From a virus (Duplodnaviria; Heunggongvirae; Uroviricota; Caudoviricetes): 64,000 bases of DNA. The position numbers were made by a program, and so were the translations under genes. The notes under the pieces were generated by a model. That model did no database searches, was not told the DNA's origin, and was given only the letters and a program-made list of their open reading frames with translations. Positions 20,734 to 29,782 of this stretch are shown in pieces. Each line of letters opens with the position of its first letter. Within the stretch, counting starts at the first letter, position 1. The stretch lies in IMG/VR virus record IMGVR_UViG_3300008122_000001, positions 55,706 through 119,705 of that record; one strand, 5' to 3'.

Positions 20734-23025
20734 TCACATCATATAGTGTTTATTTCGTTCTTTAAAGTCTACAAAAGCTGTACCAAGATATTGTTCATCA
20801 TAAAACTGTTCAGATACATTATTATATCGTTCATCTTGTGGGTGTGGTCTCTGAGTAAAAGCCATAGTAGCTAATCCTGCACCTATACCACCAAGTATTG
20901 TAGCTTTTGTTTTCATTTTCATTTCTTTACCAAATAGTTCTGTTTTCTTACTCCAAAAATTATCAGAGTTATTCATTGAACTACTTATTTCTTTATTAAT
21001 AATACTTTCAGTAGATGTGGTAGGTTCAGTTTTAAGATTAAAATAATCATTATCTACTTTAGTATGAATACCTTGAAAAGAAGCTCCATTATTAAAATCA
21101 TTAACAATATTATTAACATAGTTTTTTCTATCAAATCCACCTATATTGTCTGTATACCTATTATACCTATTTATAACATTATCTAAAGCTTTAGGTAGAT
21201 TATATTCTTTTTCTTTTTGACTGACAGAGATTTTATCTAATTTTTCTACTACACTTCCATTATTTACTTGTTGTCTTAAAGAGACTTCAGGGTTATACCA
21301 AGTTAAATTATCACCTATTTTAGTATAATTCTTTTCTTTAAAATCATTAATAACAGATCGTACAGTACTTACAAACCTTTTATTTATTTCTTCAGGTTGC
21401 TGCTCTTTAATGTTATTTAATACTTTTAATGTGTTCTCACTTAATTCAGCACCACTATTTAACTCAGAATTCATTTCCCACATCTTTTTAAATAGAGATA
21501 TAGTATCTTCCGAATCTTTCAATGCAGTATGCTTTTCACTTGTACCTAATATAGCTCTAGATAAAAAATCTACATTTAAACCAAGAGTTGCTGTTTGTTT
21601 TTCTATCAATCCTCTATTAGCAGCATTAGCTAAAAAAGCTTTAGATAAATCCTGTAGTTCTACAGCAACAGCTCCTACTCTATTTTTGTTATTAATAGAA
21701 GAAGTATATTCAGCAATAGCATTATTTACAGTGGATCTGTATTGTTGAAAACTATCTTCAGATAGATTATTTAAGTATTCTGTATGATACATCATATCCG
21801 CTTGTCTCATAAGTTTTTGTACTTTATGAGGTCTTTGAAATAATGTTTGTGTATTACCTTCTAAGTCTACAGATACTGTTTCCATTCTTTTTGCAATATC
21901 TTCATAAAAATCTTTAGAAATTAACCCTTGATCTAAAGATGATTTTAACATTTGATTTTCAAAATTCATATTCTGTAAGACTACTACATCACTTAAATTA
22001 ATCTTACCTAATGTATTATTTAAACTAGTTTTTAATGAAGATAATTCTCCTTTTTCATACATAGACATAAACTGATTAAAATTTCCATCTTCAAATGCTT
22101 TTTTAGAAAATCTCCCATTACTATGTTTTAAAGAAGATTCTAAATAAGGTCTAGACATATTAACAGATTGTTGTAATTTTCCTTCACTATTAGATGTAAA
22201 AAAGGGATTGGTATGTTCTTCAACACCACCAATCCCTTCTATTGCTAAACCAACTTGCCAAATTCTATCCCTTTTAGATAGTTGGTGGTTAGTTGTATTT
22301 AATCCTGTTGTTTCTGTATCAAAAGATTTTAATCTATTAGCTCCAAAAAAATTCTTAACTGAGTTTTCTTCTATTTCCTTATGTACTTCTTTGTGATTAC
22401 TTATAGCAGATGTTTTAGTATTAACACCAGACACTTTAGTTGTATCAACTGCTTGATGTGTTGTATTAGAAAGCGCATTAAGAATTTCAGTAGGGTATTG
22501 CTTCTTTAATGTTGAAATACTTGGATTAAATGGAGAAGATTTACCTACCATATCTAAAGGTGTATCTATCTCCATTGTTGTAGTTTTAGGAATCACAGAA
22601 GAAGGTTTTGGAGATACACTTTCAAAAGATTTAAAATTATCTTTAGGTATATAAGAATAACGATTAGCTACGTCATTCTTACCTGCTCTACCTTCTCTTT
22701 TTAGTTGTTTCCATAAGTTATAACCATCATCATATAACTCTTCTGATGGGTGAAATACTACACCATTTTTAGCTAACTCTTCTCCAAGAATTTTGTAAGC
22801 AGATATACCAGCACCTTTATGCACACTTCCACTAGCTTTTTCTACATCTTGAACCCATGCAGATTTTCCATCACTAGACCATTCTAATAAAAATTTATTA
22901 AAAGATACTTCTGAATTTAAGGTTTCATTTTTAACTTGAACTGTATAAGTTGAAGAAGGATTTCTTTCACTTAATAATTCATTAAGATTAGGTATACTAT
23001 ACTTATATTCTTCATTGGATCTCAT
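20734..23025 (-). CDS. multidomain protein: GNAT-like N-domain, DEDDh 3'-5' exonuclease domain, C-terminal hydrophobic helix
   Basis: SFDTETTG (ExoI), QNMNFENQML (ExoII), HTALKDS (ExoIII); N-terminal HKGAGISAYKIL...LYDDGYNLWKQL; ILGGIGAGLATMAF. Confidence 0.65.
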   Translation of the reverse strand: MRSNEEYKYSIPNLNELLSERNPSSTYTVQVKNETLNSEVSFNKFLLEWSSDGKSAWVQDVEKASGSVHKGAGISAYKILGEELAKNGVVFHPSEELYDDGYNLWKQLKREGRAGKNDVANRYSYIPKDNFKSFESVSPKPSSVIPKTTTMEIDTPLDMVGKSSPFNPSISTLKKQYPTEILNALSNTTHQAVDTTKVSGVNTKTSAISNHKEVHKEIEENSVKNFFGANRLKSFDTETTGLNTTNHQLSKRDRIWQVGLAIEGIGGVEEHTNPFFTSNSEGKLQQSVNMSRPYLESSLKHSNGRFSKKAFEDGNFNQFMSMYEKGELSSLKTSLNNTLGKINLSDVVVLQNMNFENQMLKSSLDQGLISKDFYEDIAKRMETVSVDLEGNTQTLFQRPHKVQKLMRQADMMYHTEYLNNLSEDSFQQYRSTVNNAIAEYTSSINNKNRVGAVAVELQDLSKAFLANAANRGLIEKQTATLGLNVDFLSRAILGTSEKHTALKDSEDTISLFKKMWEMNSELNSGAELSENTLKVLNNIKEQQPEEINKRFVSTVRSVINDFKEKNYTKIGDNLTWYNPEVSLRQQVNNGSVVEKLDKISVSQKEKEYNLPKALDNVINRYNRYTDNIGGFDRKNYVNNIVNDFNNGASFQGIHTKVDNDYFNLKTEPTTSTESIINKEISSSMNNSDNFWSKKTELFGKEMKMKTKATILGGIGAGLATMAFTQRPHPQDERYNNVSEQFYDEQYLGTAFVDFKERNKHYMM

Positions 23026-23034
23026 CTTAATTCC

Positions 23035-23551
23035 TTATGCTTTAATACTCTTTAAAAAATCTTGATATTCTTTGTCACTAGAGAATAAATCTTTTTCTGT
23101 AACAAACTTATATTGTATCTTAATATCTTTGTAATTTTCTTCTATATATAGTCTACAAGATCTTGCTTTAGATTGAACATCAAAATCTTTTAACATTGCT
23201 TTAGGTTTTATTTCCGTTATTTCTATACTACCATCCGCATAAAGTAACATAAAATCTGGTCTATATATTCTTCTCTTACCTGTAATATCATTATAATATA
23301 ATTCAAAAGGTTCATATATATAGTTTAATATTTTGTTATCTATCTCTATTAAGTTTAAGAAAGCTAGTTCATAAGAAGATTTATAAGGATAATTAGCTTT
23401 ATTTTTATTACTATAAAAATTGCCTTGAACATATTTAGATTTTCCGTGTTTTTACGTTTTTCTTATTAAAGTAAACATTAACTTTTTTAGATTTCTTTTT
23501 AAGATAACCTACAAGTTTCTTATCCTCTTGAGATCTTATATGTATAACCAT
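23035..23551 (-). CDS. T4 gp4-like head-completion / TnsA-like PD-(D/E)xK nuclease, reading frame broken near 23450
   Basis: frame upstream of the tracked ORF reads KYVQGNF...YKSSYE...YEPF...YRPDF...EIKP; its only upstream ATG (23551) is in another frame. Confidence 0.65.
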
Positions 23552-24843
23552 TATCCAACATCCTTAACTTCGCCTTCGATTGTAGTACCTTGACTTAGTT
23601 TTATTAATTCTTCTAGTTTATTCTTTAATGCACTTATACTATTAGTTTTATTACTTTCTTCTATTGTTTTAATAAGTTTAGATTTAGCTTCTCTTGTAAC
23701 CATGAGTTCTTTTAATTCTTTAGAACGCATTCTATTAATCTTATCTATAGTATCCCAAGCAGCTGAAGTAGCTTTATTTGAAATAGCATTACCTTGTTCA
23801 TCATAAGAAGATATGAAATCAACAAGTAATGTTTGATCATGTTCAGATAAATAACGAGTAAGTCTCATTTCATATATATCAAAAGTACATAATCTACCTA
23901 TAGAATGTAAATCTGTTAAAGAGTTGTCATCTATGTTAAATTCAGCTTTATATTTTTCTAGCCAATAATCAAGTAAATGAGACTCAGTAGGACAAGGTTT
24001 TCCTACAATGTCTTTTACCCCTTCTTGAAAGAAGGAACAGTTATGTACTACAACATTATTAGCAAAGAAGTTAGAATTCTTTTTAACTGTTATATCATAT
24101 ACATCTTCTTGGTTTATTTCTTTAATAGATAGTATTTTATCTACAAATACATCACCAACAGATTCTAAATCATCGTCAATATCATCTAAATCAGATATTA
24201 ATATTCTATCATTTTTAGTTAGACCTTCATCTATACTTTTCCATGTAAATTTATTTAATTTACTATTAACAGTTAAAACTTCATGGTTACTAGTTAATTT
24301 AATTTTATTACCATACCAAGTAGTTAATAAGTACACTTTAGAATTACTTATTACTCTTTTATTAGTTACAGTATCTTTTTCTATTAATTTAGTTTCGAGA
24401 TTAAAAGAATAGATAATATCACCAATTTCTATATCTTTTATTTTTTTATCTTTTTTACCTAATACTATTGTATCACCTGTTACACAGGTTTTTGAAAATG
24501 CACATTGAGATCCTTTACAATTTAATGGTACTACAGATGCAACACCAGTTGTTAATCTAAGAAGTTCTCTTTTTACTTTCTTAGCTTGATCTTCAGTCAT
24601 TTGTATTTGTTCGTATTGATCATTTATATTACGCATTTTATCTAAATAAGATGTAGTTTTTGCCAACTCTTTAGTTGATACTTTAACTTCATTTAAAGAT
24701 AAAAATTTAGAAGGTAGATTAGTTTCTTGTTTTGTTTCTACTTCTACAACAGGAATAGCTTCTCTTTCTTTATTCTGAGCTTCCTGTATTTTTCTTTGCA
24801 TTTCCATCATGCGGTTAATAGATTCATTTTTATTAGTCATCAA
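23551..24843 (-). CDS. Cys-cluster protein (candidate terminase small subunit) containing a mini-intein
   Basis: spliced extein would read CKGSQCAFSKT/CSFF...GKPCP, followed by a helical C-terminus; lies upstream of the packaging genes. Confidence 0.6.
   Translation of the reverse strand: MMTNKNESINRMMEMQRKIQEAQNKEREAIPVVEVETKQETNLPSKFLSLNEVKVSTKELAKTTSYLDKMRNINDQYEQIQMTEDQAKKVKRELLRLTTGVASVVPLNCKGSQCAFSKTCVTGDTIVLGKKDKKIKDIEIGDIIYSFNLETKLIEKDTVTNKRVISNSKVYLLTTWYGNKIKLTSNHEVLTVNSKLNKFTWKSIDEGLTKNDRILISDLDDIDDDLESVGDVFVDKILSIKEINQEDVYDITVKKNSNFFANNVVVHNCSFFQEGVKDIVGKPCPTESHLLDYWLEKYKAEFNIDDNSLTDLHSIGRLCTFDIYEMRLTRYLSEHDQTLLVDFISSYDEQGNAISNKATSAAWDTIDKINRMRSKELKELMVTREAKSKLIKTIEESNKTNSISALKNKLEELIKLSQGTTIEGEVKDVG
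24040..24486 (-). mobile_element. 149-aa mini-intein (Hint domain, no endonuclease)
   Basis: block A CVTGDT, block B LTSNHEV, block F VYDITV, C-terminal HN followed by Cys+1. Confidence 0.9.
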
Positions 24844-25393
24844 TTTTCTCTTCTTTTATAGGTTTTATCCATAAGTTTTTCTCTTCCTTTCTTGTTTTAA
24901 TAAGTCTGTAGATTGGTTTTTTCATATACTTATTAAACTTACTAAAACAAAGAGAAGCTTCCACTACTTTGTTTTTATTAATTAATACAAACATTTCATC
25001 TGTAATAAAACGTTTGATGCCTATATCATAAATTAAAGAGACTAAAGAATCAAATTGATGTTGATTTAAGGTTGTAGTTAAATGTTTATTTAGTTGTTTA
25101 CTTATGTTATTTAAGTCTTTTTTTAAAAGTGCATTAGCTTCTTTTTTAGTTATAACGTCTAAATTAGATGTACCAATACCACACAAACGACTATATCCGA
25201 TATAGTAGTGATCATTCCAAAGTTTAGTTTTATCTAAATATAATACTCTTGTACTTTTAATTAATCTTAGACATCTATCGGAATAGTTCATTCTTTCTTT
25301 ACCCTTCAAACTTATATTTATATTTTCCACATTTCTTACATACCATTTGAGAATGTAAGGAATTTTTACAAACACCTTTTGTAACATAGTCAT
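24833..25393 (-). CDS. GH24 lysozyme-fold protein apparently lacking the catalytic residues
   Basis: IGY, ITKKEANALLKKDL, LNQHQFDSLVSLIYDIG; the usual FEG/Asp/Thr positions read TRV/LWN/Y; alternative start at 25291. Confidence 0.65.
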   Translation of the reverse strand: MTMLQKVFVKIPYILKWYVRNVENINISLKGKERMNYSDRCLRLIKSTRVLYLDKTKLWNDHYYIGYSRLCGIGTSNLDVITKKEANALLKKDLNNISKQLNKHLTTTLNQHQFDSLVSLIYDIGIKRFITDEMFVLINKNKVVEASLCFSKFNKYMKKPIYRLIKTRKEEKNLWIKPIKEEKIDD

Positions 25394-25444
25394 GATTACA
25401 AAGTAAAATAGAAAGGATAGTTAATATGTCTTTAAATAGTAATT

Positions 25445-26176
25445 TCATTTTAACTCCTTTGCTATTTTAATGTGATATTGATTAGTTTCATAACTCGAAC
25501 CATTATATGCTTTACAGAAAGCTCTATTGGTTTCAGGGTTACTAGATAACTTTAAAAAGCTATTTTTTATTTTAGCTACATTTAATATAAAACCAACTAA
25601 TAGTTTATAGTGTACAGATTCATCTCTAGTAACTTCATACAACATATCTATAGGATTATTATACCCTAATTCTTTGTAGTATATTCCCATAACTTGAAAA
25701 GAAGAAATAGAAACAGAGCTAAAAGCACCGATAGGGTCAATACAAGCAGCGTGTGCTAGTTTTTCCCAAGAATCATTTATACTGTTTTTATTAAAATCTG
25801 TTGTGTAACCACCCCATTTTTGAGTAGCTAAAAAGTGATCTTTATAACCTGGTAGGTATATAGTTTTTCTTACAAACTTATAGAAGTAATGTCTTTCATA
25901 GAGTATCTTAGATGTTCCATCAGAAAACCAAGAATTACCACTAGTTTCAACTTTACCTATAGCTTTTATTCTTCTAGTATTAGTGTCCCCTAATTGAAAT
26001 GCATATTTATTTAGCTCTGTTTCTGTTACAGCCTTTGCTGTTTTACATTTAAAAACTTCATAAATAGCATTTCTAGTAGCAGGACCACCAAGCCCATCTT
26101 CAATTAATGGTTTCATACTTAAATTGTTTTCTTTAATTTTTGTATTTAACCATTTTTGTAATTCTTTTACATTCAT
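25445..26176 (-). CDS. endolysin, N-acetylmuramidase (DUF3380-type) with N-terminal peptidoglycan-binding segment
   Basis: LQKWLN...EDGLGGPAT; KAIGKVETSG, KILYERHYF, SSFQVMG, YNGSSY. Confidence 0.85.
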   Translation of the reverse strand: MNVKELQKWLNTKIKENNLSMKPLIEDGLGGPATRNAIYEVFKCKTAKAVTETELNKYAFQLGDTNTRRIKAIGKVETSGNSWFSDGTSKILYERHYFYKFVRKTIYLPGYKDHFLATQKWGGYTTDFNKNSINDSWEKLAHAACIDPIGAFSSVSISSFQVMGIYYKELGYNNPIDMLYEVTRDESVHYKLLVGFILNVAKIKNSFLKLSSNPETNRAFCKAYNGSSYETNQYHIKIAKELK

Positions 26177-26188
26177 ATTTGTCTCCTA

Positions 26189-27136
26189 TTAAGACGCTTC
26201 ACCTGAACCTGTATTCATAACAATAGTACCAGTTTCTACTGATAGACCATCTATATTTATAGTAACAGTGAATTCTGTTAAATCAGGCATTGACGAATTA
26301 ATACTTATATAATAAATATTATTTAAATTGTTTTTTCCATCAGAGTTAGAAACAGATACTGTTACACCTTCTACGTCACATTCAAATGTAATATCTTTTC
26401 CTGAATACGGTACATCAAATTGATAGTTAAATCCAGTATCATAAGAAGGGTTATTTAAGTGCATAGTAGACTCAAAAGTTGTCATTGATGTAGGTACTTT
26501 AGGAATATTAAATAACGTGTTATCGTCCATAGTCATCCCAACAGCATCTCCTTTATATGTTTCACCTTTAGGTAATACATAAATTTTAATTGGAGTATCT
26601 ACAGTTGTATTTAATTCTACAGGTATTTTCACGATATTGTTTTTATTAGTTAAAACAATATCGTCTGATTCTATTTTAGTAAATGTATTAGTAGCAACAT
26701 ACTCTATATAGGCATCTAAATGTAACTCACCTTTAGTATTTTCACCCGATATATATACATAACCAGTATCTCCATTATTAAAATAGTTAGATACGATTCC
26801 ATAACCTTCTTTATTTACTTTAGATAGTTGTACGTTTACTTGTAGAGGTGTATTTAAAACTAAACTAATATTAGTTAATTTCTCATCTATTTCATCTTTA
26901 GTGTAAGCATCACCTACAAAACTTCCACCATTTCTTTTGTTATATTCTGATTGTAGTTTCTCATTGTCAGTATTATTTAACACTATATATTTTTCTTTTA
27001 CTAAGGCATATATCGAATTAATTTCTTGAGTAGCTTCAGTTGTTTCATTAATATCTATAAAATTTCTTGGTTTTATAGAATTATTATAAGTAAAAATATA
27101 TGTATATGTAGTGTTATTTAATCTAATCATTACCAA
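26189..27136 (-). CDS. putative fibre/decoration protein
   Basis: DAYTKDEIDEKL repeat and an N-terminus resembling 29783-30802. Confidence 0.5.
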   Translation of the reverse strand: MVMIRLNNTTYTYIFTYNNSIKPRNFIDINETTEATQEINSIYALVKEKYIVLNNTDNEKLQSEYNKRNGGSFVGDAYTKDEIDEKLTNISLVLNTPLQVNVQLSKVNKEGYGIVSNYFNNGDTGYVYISGENTKGELHLDAYIEYVATNTFTKIESDDIVLTNKNNIVKIPVELNTTVDTPIKIYVLPKGETYKGDAVGMTMDDNTLFNIPKVPTSMTTFESTMHLNNPSYDTGFNYQFDVPYSGKDITFECDVEGVTVSVSNSDGKNNLNNIYYISINSSMPDLTEFTVTINIDGLSVETGTIVMNTGSGEAS

Positions 27137-27555
27137 CCCTTTTTAAATGCGCTAGTTTGAAAAGCGCCCATTTGATCTCCTTCAGTACTTTTAAAAGCAC
27201 TTCCAGTACTGTTCCATTCATTTTTAAATGAACCTTTAGCACCACTAGCAAAACCACTACTAACAGCACCTTTCGCATAAGTATCAGCAGCAAACTTTAA
27301 ACCTGCACCACCAACACCACCCAACATTGCTCCATGAAAAGCTCCACCTAGCATACTACCATCATAACTGAAAGCACCATTTACGCCACCATATAACGCC
27401 CCTGCACCAGCACCTGTCATCATAGAGCTTGAAAAACCACTAGAATTACCTAACTGTAATAAAGAGTTATGCACCCCTAATGAAATCTTTTGCCCAGAAC
27501 CAAGTCCTTCTACAAGACCCTTATCTATACCTTTAAATGCATTAAATCCTAACAT
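27130..27555 (-). CDS. Gly/Ala-rich small protein (glycine-zipper-like)
   Basis: GAGAGALYGGVNGA...GGAFHGAMLGGVGGAG. Confidence 0.6.
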   Translation of the reverse strand: MLGFNAFKGIDKGLVEGLGSGQKISLGVHNSLLQLGNSSGFSSSMMTGAGAGALYGGVNGAFSYDGSMLGGAFHGAMLGGVGGAGLKFAADTYAKGAVSSGFASGAKGSFKNEWNSTGSAFKSTEGDQMGAFQTSAFKKGW

Positions 27556-27835
27556 AGTTTGTTACTCCATTAATATTTAAATAATTATTTTTAATCCATA
27601 CCAAAATCACATGCATAAATAATATTTTCCATATTATTTCTATAGTACTTATTTGGTATACTTGTAAAAGTGATGAATATAATAGACCAAACCAGATAAA
27701 ACCAGCTAGGCATGTTGGTATTACACATCTAGCTGTTTGTTTATTTAAAGTATTGTCTATCAAAATGTAAAAACAAGATAAAAATCCAAGAACGCTCACT
27801 AGTATATTAATACTATAAATAAACTCATATATCAT
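27542..27835 (-). CDS. membrane protein (possible holin/antiholin)
   Basis: three hydrophobic segments; near the endolysin. Confidence 0.5.
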   Translation of the reverse strand: MIYEFIYSINILVSVLGFLSCFYILIDNTLNKQTARCVIPTCLAGFIWFGLLYSSLLQVYQISTIEIIWKILFMHVILVWIKNNYLNINGVTNYVRI

Positions 27836-28257
27836 TTGTCTAACTCATCTTCTAATCCTAATTTGTCATCTATCTTGTTACCTACTTTTTTCCAAGTTTC
27901 CTTAGAAGAAGCCCAAGTAAGAAGGAACACTAAAATTGGTGCGCCTAAACATCCAAGAACAAAAGAAGGTAAAGCAAGCTTCATTGTAACTGTCTCTGGG
28001 AAATAAGCCATATACGTTAAACAAGAAAAGAAACCTAATCCTGTACCTATAACTATTTTCGCCAATATAGTATAAGATAATCTATCATCTACTTCAGTCT
28101 TAATAAATGTAGCAGCAAGACCTCCTAAAATACTACCTATAAATATAGACCAAAATCCCCAATTTATTATGCTATCTACTTTTTCTGTTAGAAATTCCCC
28201 AGCCAAGGCACTAACAGGTAATGTTATAAACATCATTATGCATAATCTTAAAAACAT
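27832..28257 (-). CDS. putative holin
   Basis: 3-4 transmembrane segments and a charged C-terminus; near the endolysin. Confidence 0.55.
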   Translation of the reverse strand: MFLRLCIMMFITLPVSALAGEFLTEKVDSIINWGFWSIFIGSILGGLAATFIKTEVDDRLSYTILAKIVIGTGLGFFSCLTYMAYFPETVTMKLALPSFVLGCLGAPILVFLLTWASSKETWKKVGNKIDDKLGLEDELDK

Positions 28258-28281
28258 AATATATCTCTTATATTTGTTTAA

Positions 28282-28608
28282 TTATCCCCTTCCAGACATT
28301 GCTAATAGTTTTTTCTCCATAGCAGTAAGTTCTACTCCGTTTAATCCCTCATTAACAAAACTAGAAGTCCTTTGTAATTTCATTTGTTGTGCTTGGTATT
28401 TTATACCTGCTGAAGCTAAGGCAACCCCACCGCCTATAGACGCTCCAGTTAATACAAAATCCCAATTCAATCCCATAAAGGGATCATTAGATGAATTACC
28501 ATATATATTATTAGAATAATTTTGATTTAATGTTCCATAACCCAAACCACCTAATGCACCAACTATAGGGAATCCTATAAATTGTTGCTTCATATTTGCA
28601 TTTATCAC
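28282..28608 (-). CDS. small Gly-rich membrane-associated protein
   Basis: IVGALGGLGYG and ASIGGGVALASAG segments. Confidence 0.55.
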   Translation of the reverse strand: MINANMKQQFIGFPIVGALGGLGYGTLNQNYSNNIYGNSSNDPFMGLNWDFVLTGASIGGGVALASAGIKYQAQQMKLQRTSSFVNEGLNGVELTAMEKKLLAMSGRG

Positions 28609-28967
28609 CCTACCTCCTCATACAGAACTAATCCATATTTGGTTAAAGTTTTATTCCAATTATCTTCTAATGGAGAAAAGTTCTCATACATTTCAGAATC
28701 TACTACACCTTCTATTAACTTATTTAAACTATCTTCAAAAATATTTAAATCAATACCCATAGAACTCAGTAAATCATGATCTTTAAATTGTATATAAGCT
28801 TCTTTTGTCCACCAACTATGACAACCCCAATATATTTTATTAGAACTATCTTTTAATTTAATACTTAAGTTATCTGATCCTTTACCTAGTATCTCTGCTA
28901 AAGTATTTATATTACTTACATTACTATCTTCTATAATATGTACTACACTTAAATTCTGCATCACCAA
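28605..28967 (-). CDS. hypothetical protein next to fibre genes
   Basis: overlaps both neighbours; YWGCHSW motif. Confidence 0.6.
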   Translation of the reverse strand: MVMQNLSVVHIIEDSNVSNINTLAEILGKGSDNLSIKLKDSSNKIYWGCHSWWTKEAYIQFKDHDLLSSMGIDLNIFEDSLNKLIEGVVDSEMYENFSPLEDNWNKTLTKYGLVLYEEVG

Positions 28968-29779
28968 GCCCCTAAATCACTATTAAGTAAAGTTTGTATA
29001 CTATTTATTTCAGGAGTAGTTAATACTTTACCTATGAAAAAAGACTTATAAATAATAGCATTAGATAAGTAACCTATAGCAAATTTAGTAGGAGGAGTAT
29101 TATACGTAGAACCTATATAAGTAGGATTAGTAGCAATATTATTAGTAGTATTAATCCATGTATTTAATCTTATACTAGGTTTATTCTCAGTAATAAAAAC
29201 ATATTTTGTATTATCTAAATTACCAACAACCATACTGTTAGCTATACTTTTATAAACACTTCTACCTTTACTAAAAAAAGTATCATATTCACAAGTCAAC
29301 CTCATACCATTTACATTAGCACTGTCAGTTATATTTAACTCATTACTTAATAATAAATGCGCCCTAAAACTAGAAAGATTTTTTAAATCTACACTCTCAC
29401 CCATCACTACATTACTAGTAGTCAACGCAAAATTTTCAACCATTAAATAATCGTCAACACCATCAAAAGATAATCCATAAGAATTCTTTGATGAATTATA
29501 CAATAATTTAGGTTGCCTACTAACAGTACTCTGAACTAAATGATTACCATTACCAGACTTATCTAACACCATAGCTATAGTTTGATTAGGGGCAGAAACT
29601 GGTTTAGTCCCTTCTACATCCTGAAACAAAGTAGATAAATCATTAGGATCATAATACCCACCTTGTACTCCACCACTATATAACGCTGTTAACGCATCCG
29701 TACTAGGTGCTGGCTCAACCCTTAAAGCATTAAAAAATAAATTAGATACTAATTGATTCTGATAGTATACAGTATACAT
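28961..29779 (-). CDS. putative lectin/concanavalin-like receptor-binding protein
   Basis: GGYYDPNDLSTLFQD...DKSGNGNHLVQ...FDGVDDYL. Confidence 0.65.
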   Translation of the reverse strand: MYTVYYQNQLVSNLFFNALRVEPAPSTDALTALYSGGVQGGYYDPNDLSTLFQDVEGTKPVSAPNQTIAMVLDKSGNGNHLVQSTVSRQPKLLYNSSKNSYGLSFDGVDDYLMVENFALTTSNVVMGESVDLKNLSSFRAHLLLSNELNITDSANVNGMRLTCEYDTFFSKGRSVYKSIANSMVVGNLDNTKYVFITENKPSIRLNTWINTTNNIATNPTYIGSTYNTPPTKFAIGYLSNAIIYKSFFIGKVLTTPEINSIQTLLNSDLGAW

Positions 29780-29782
29780 GCC

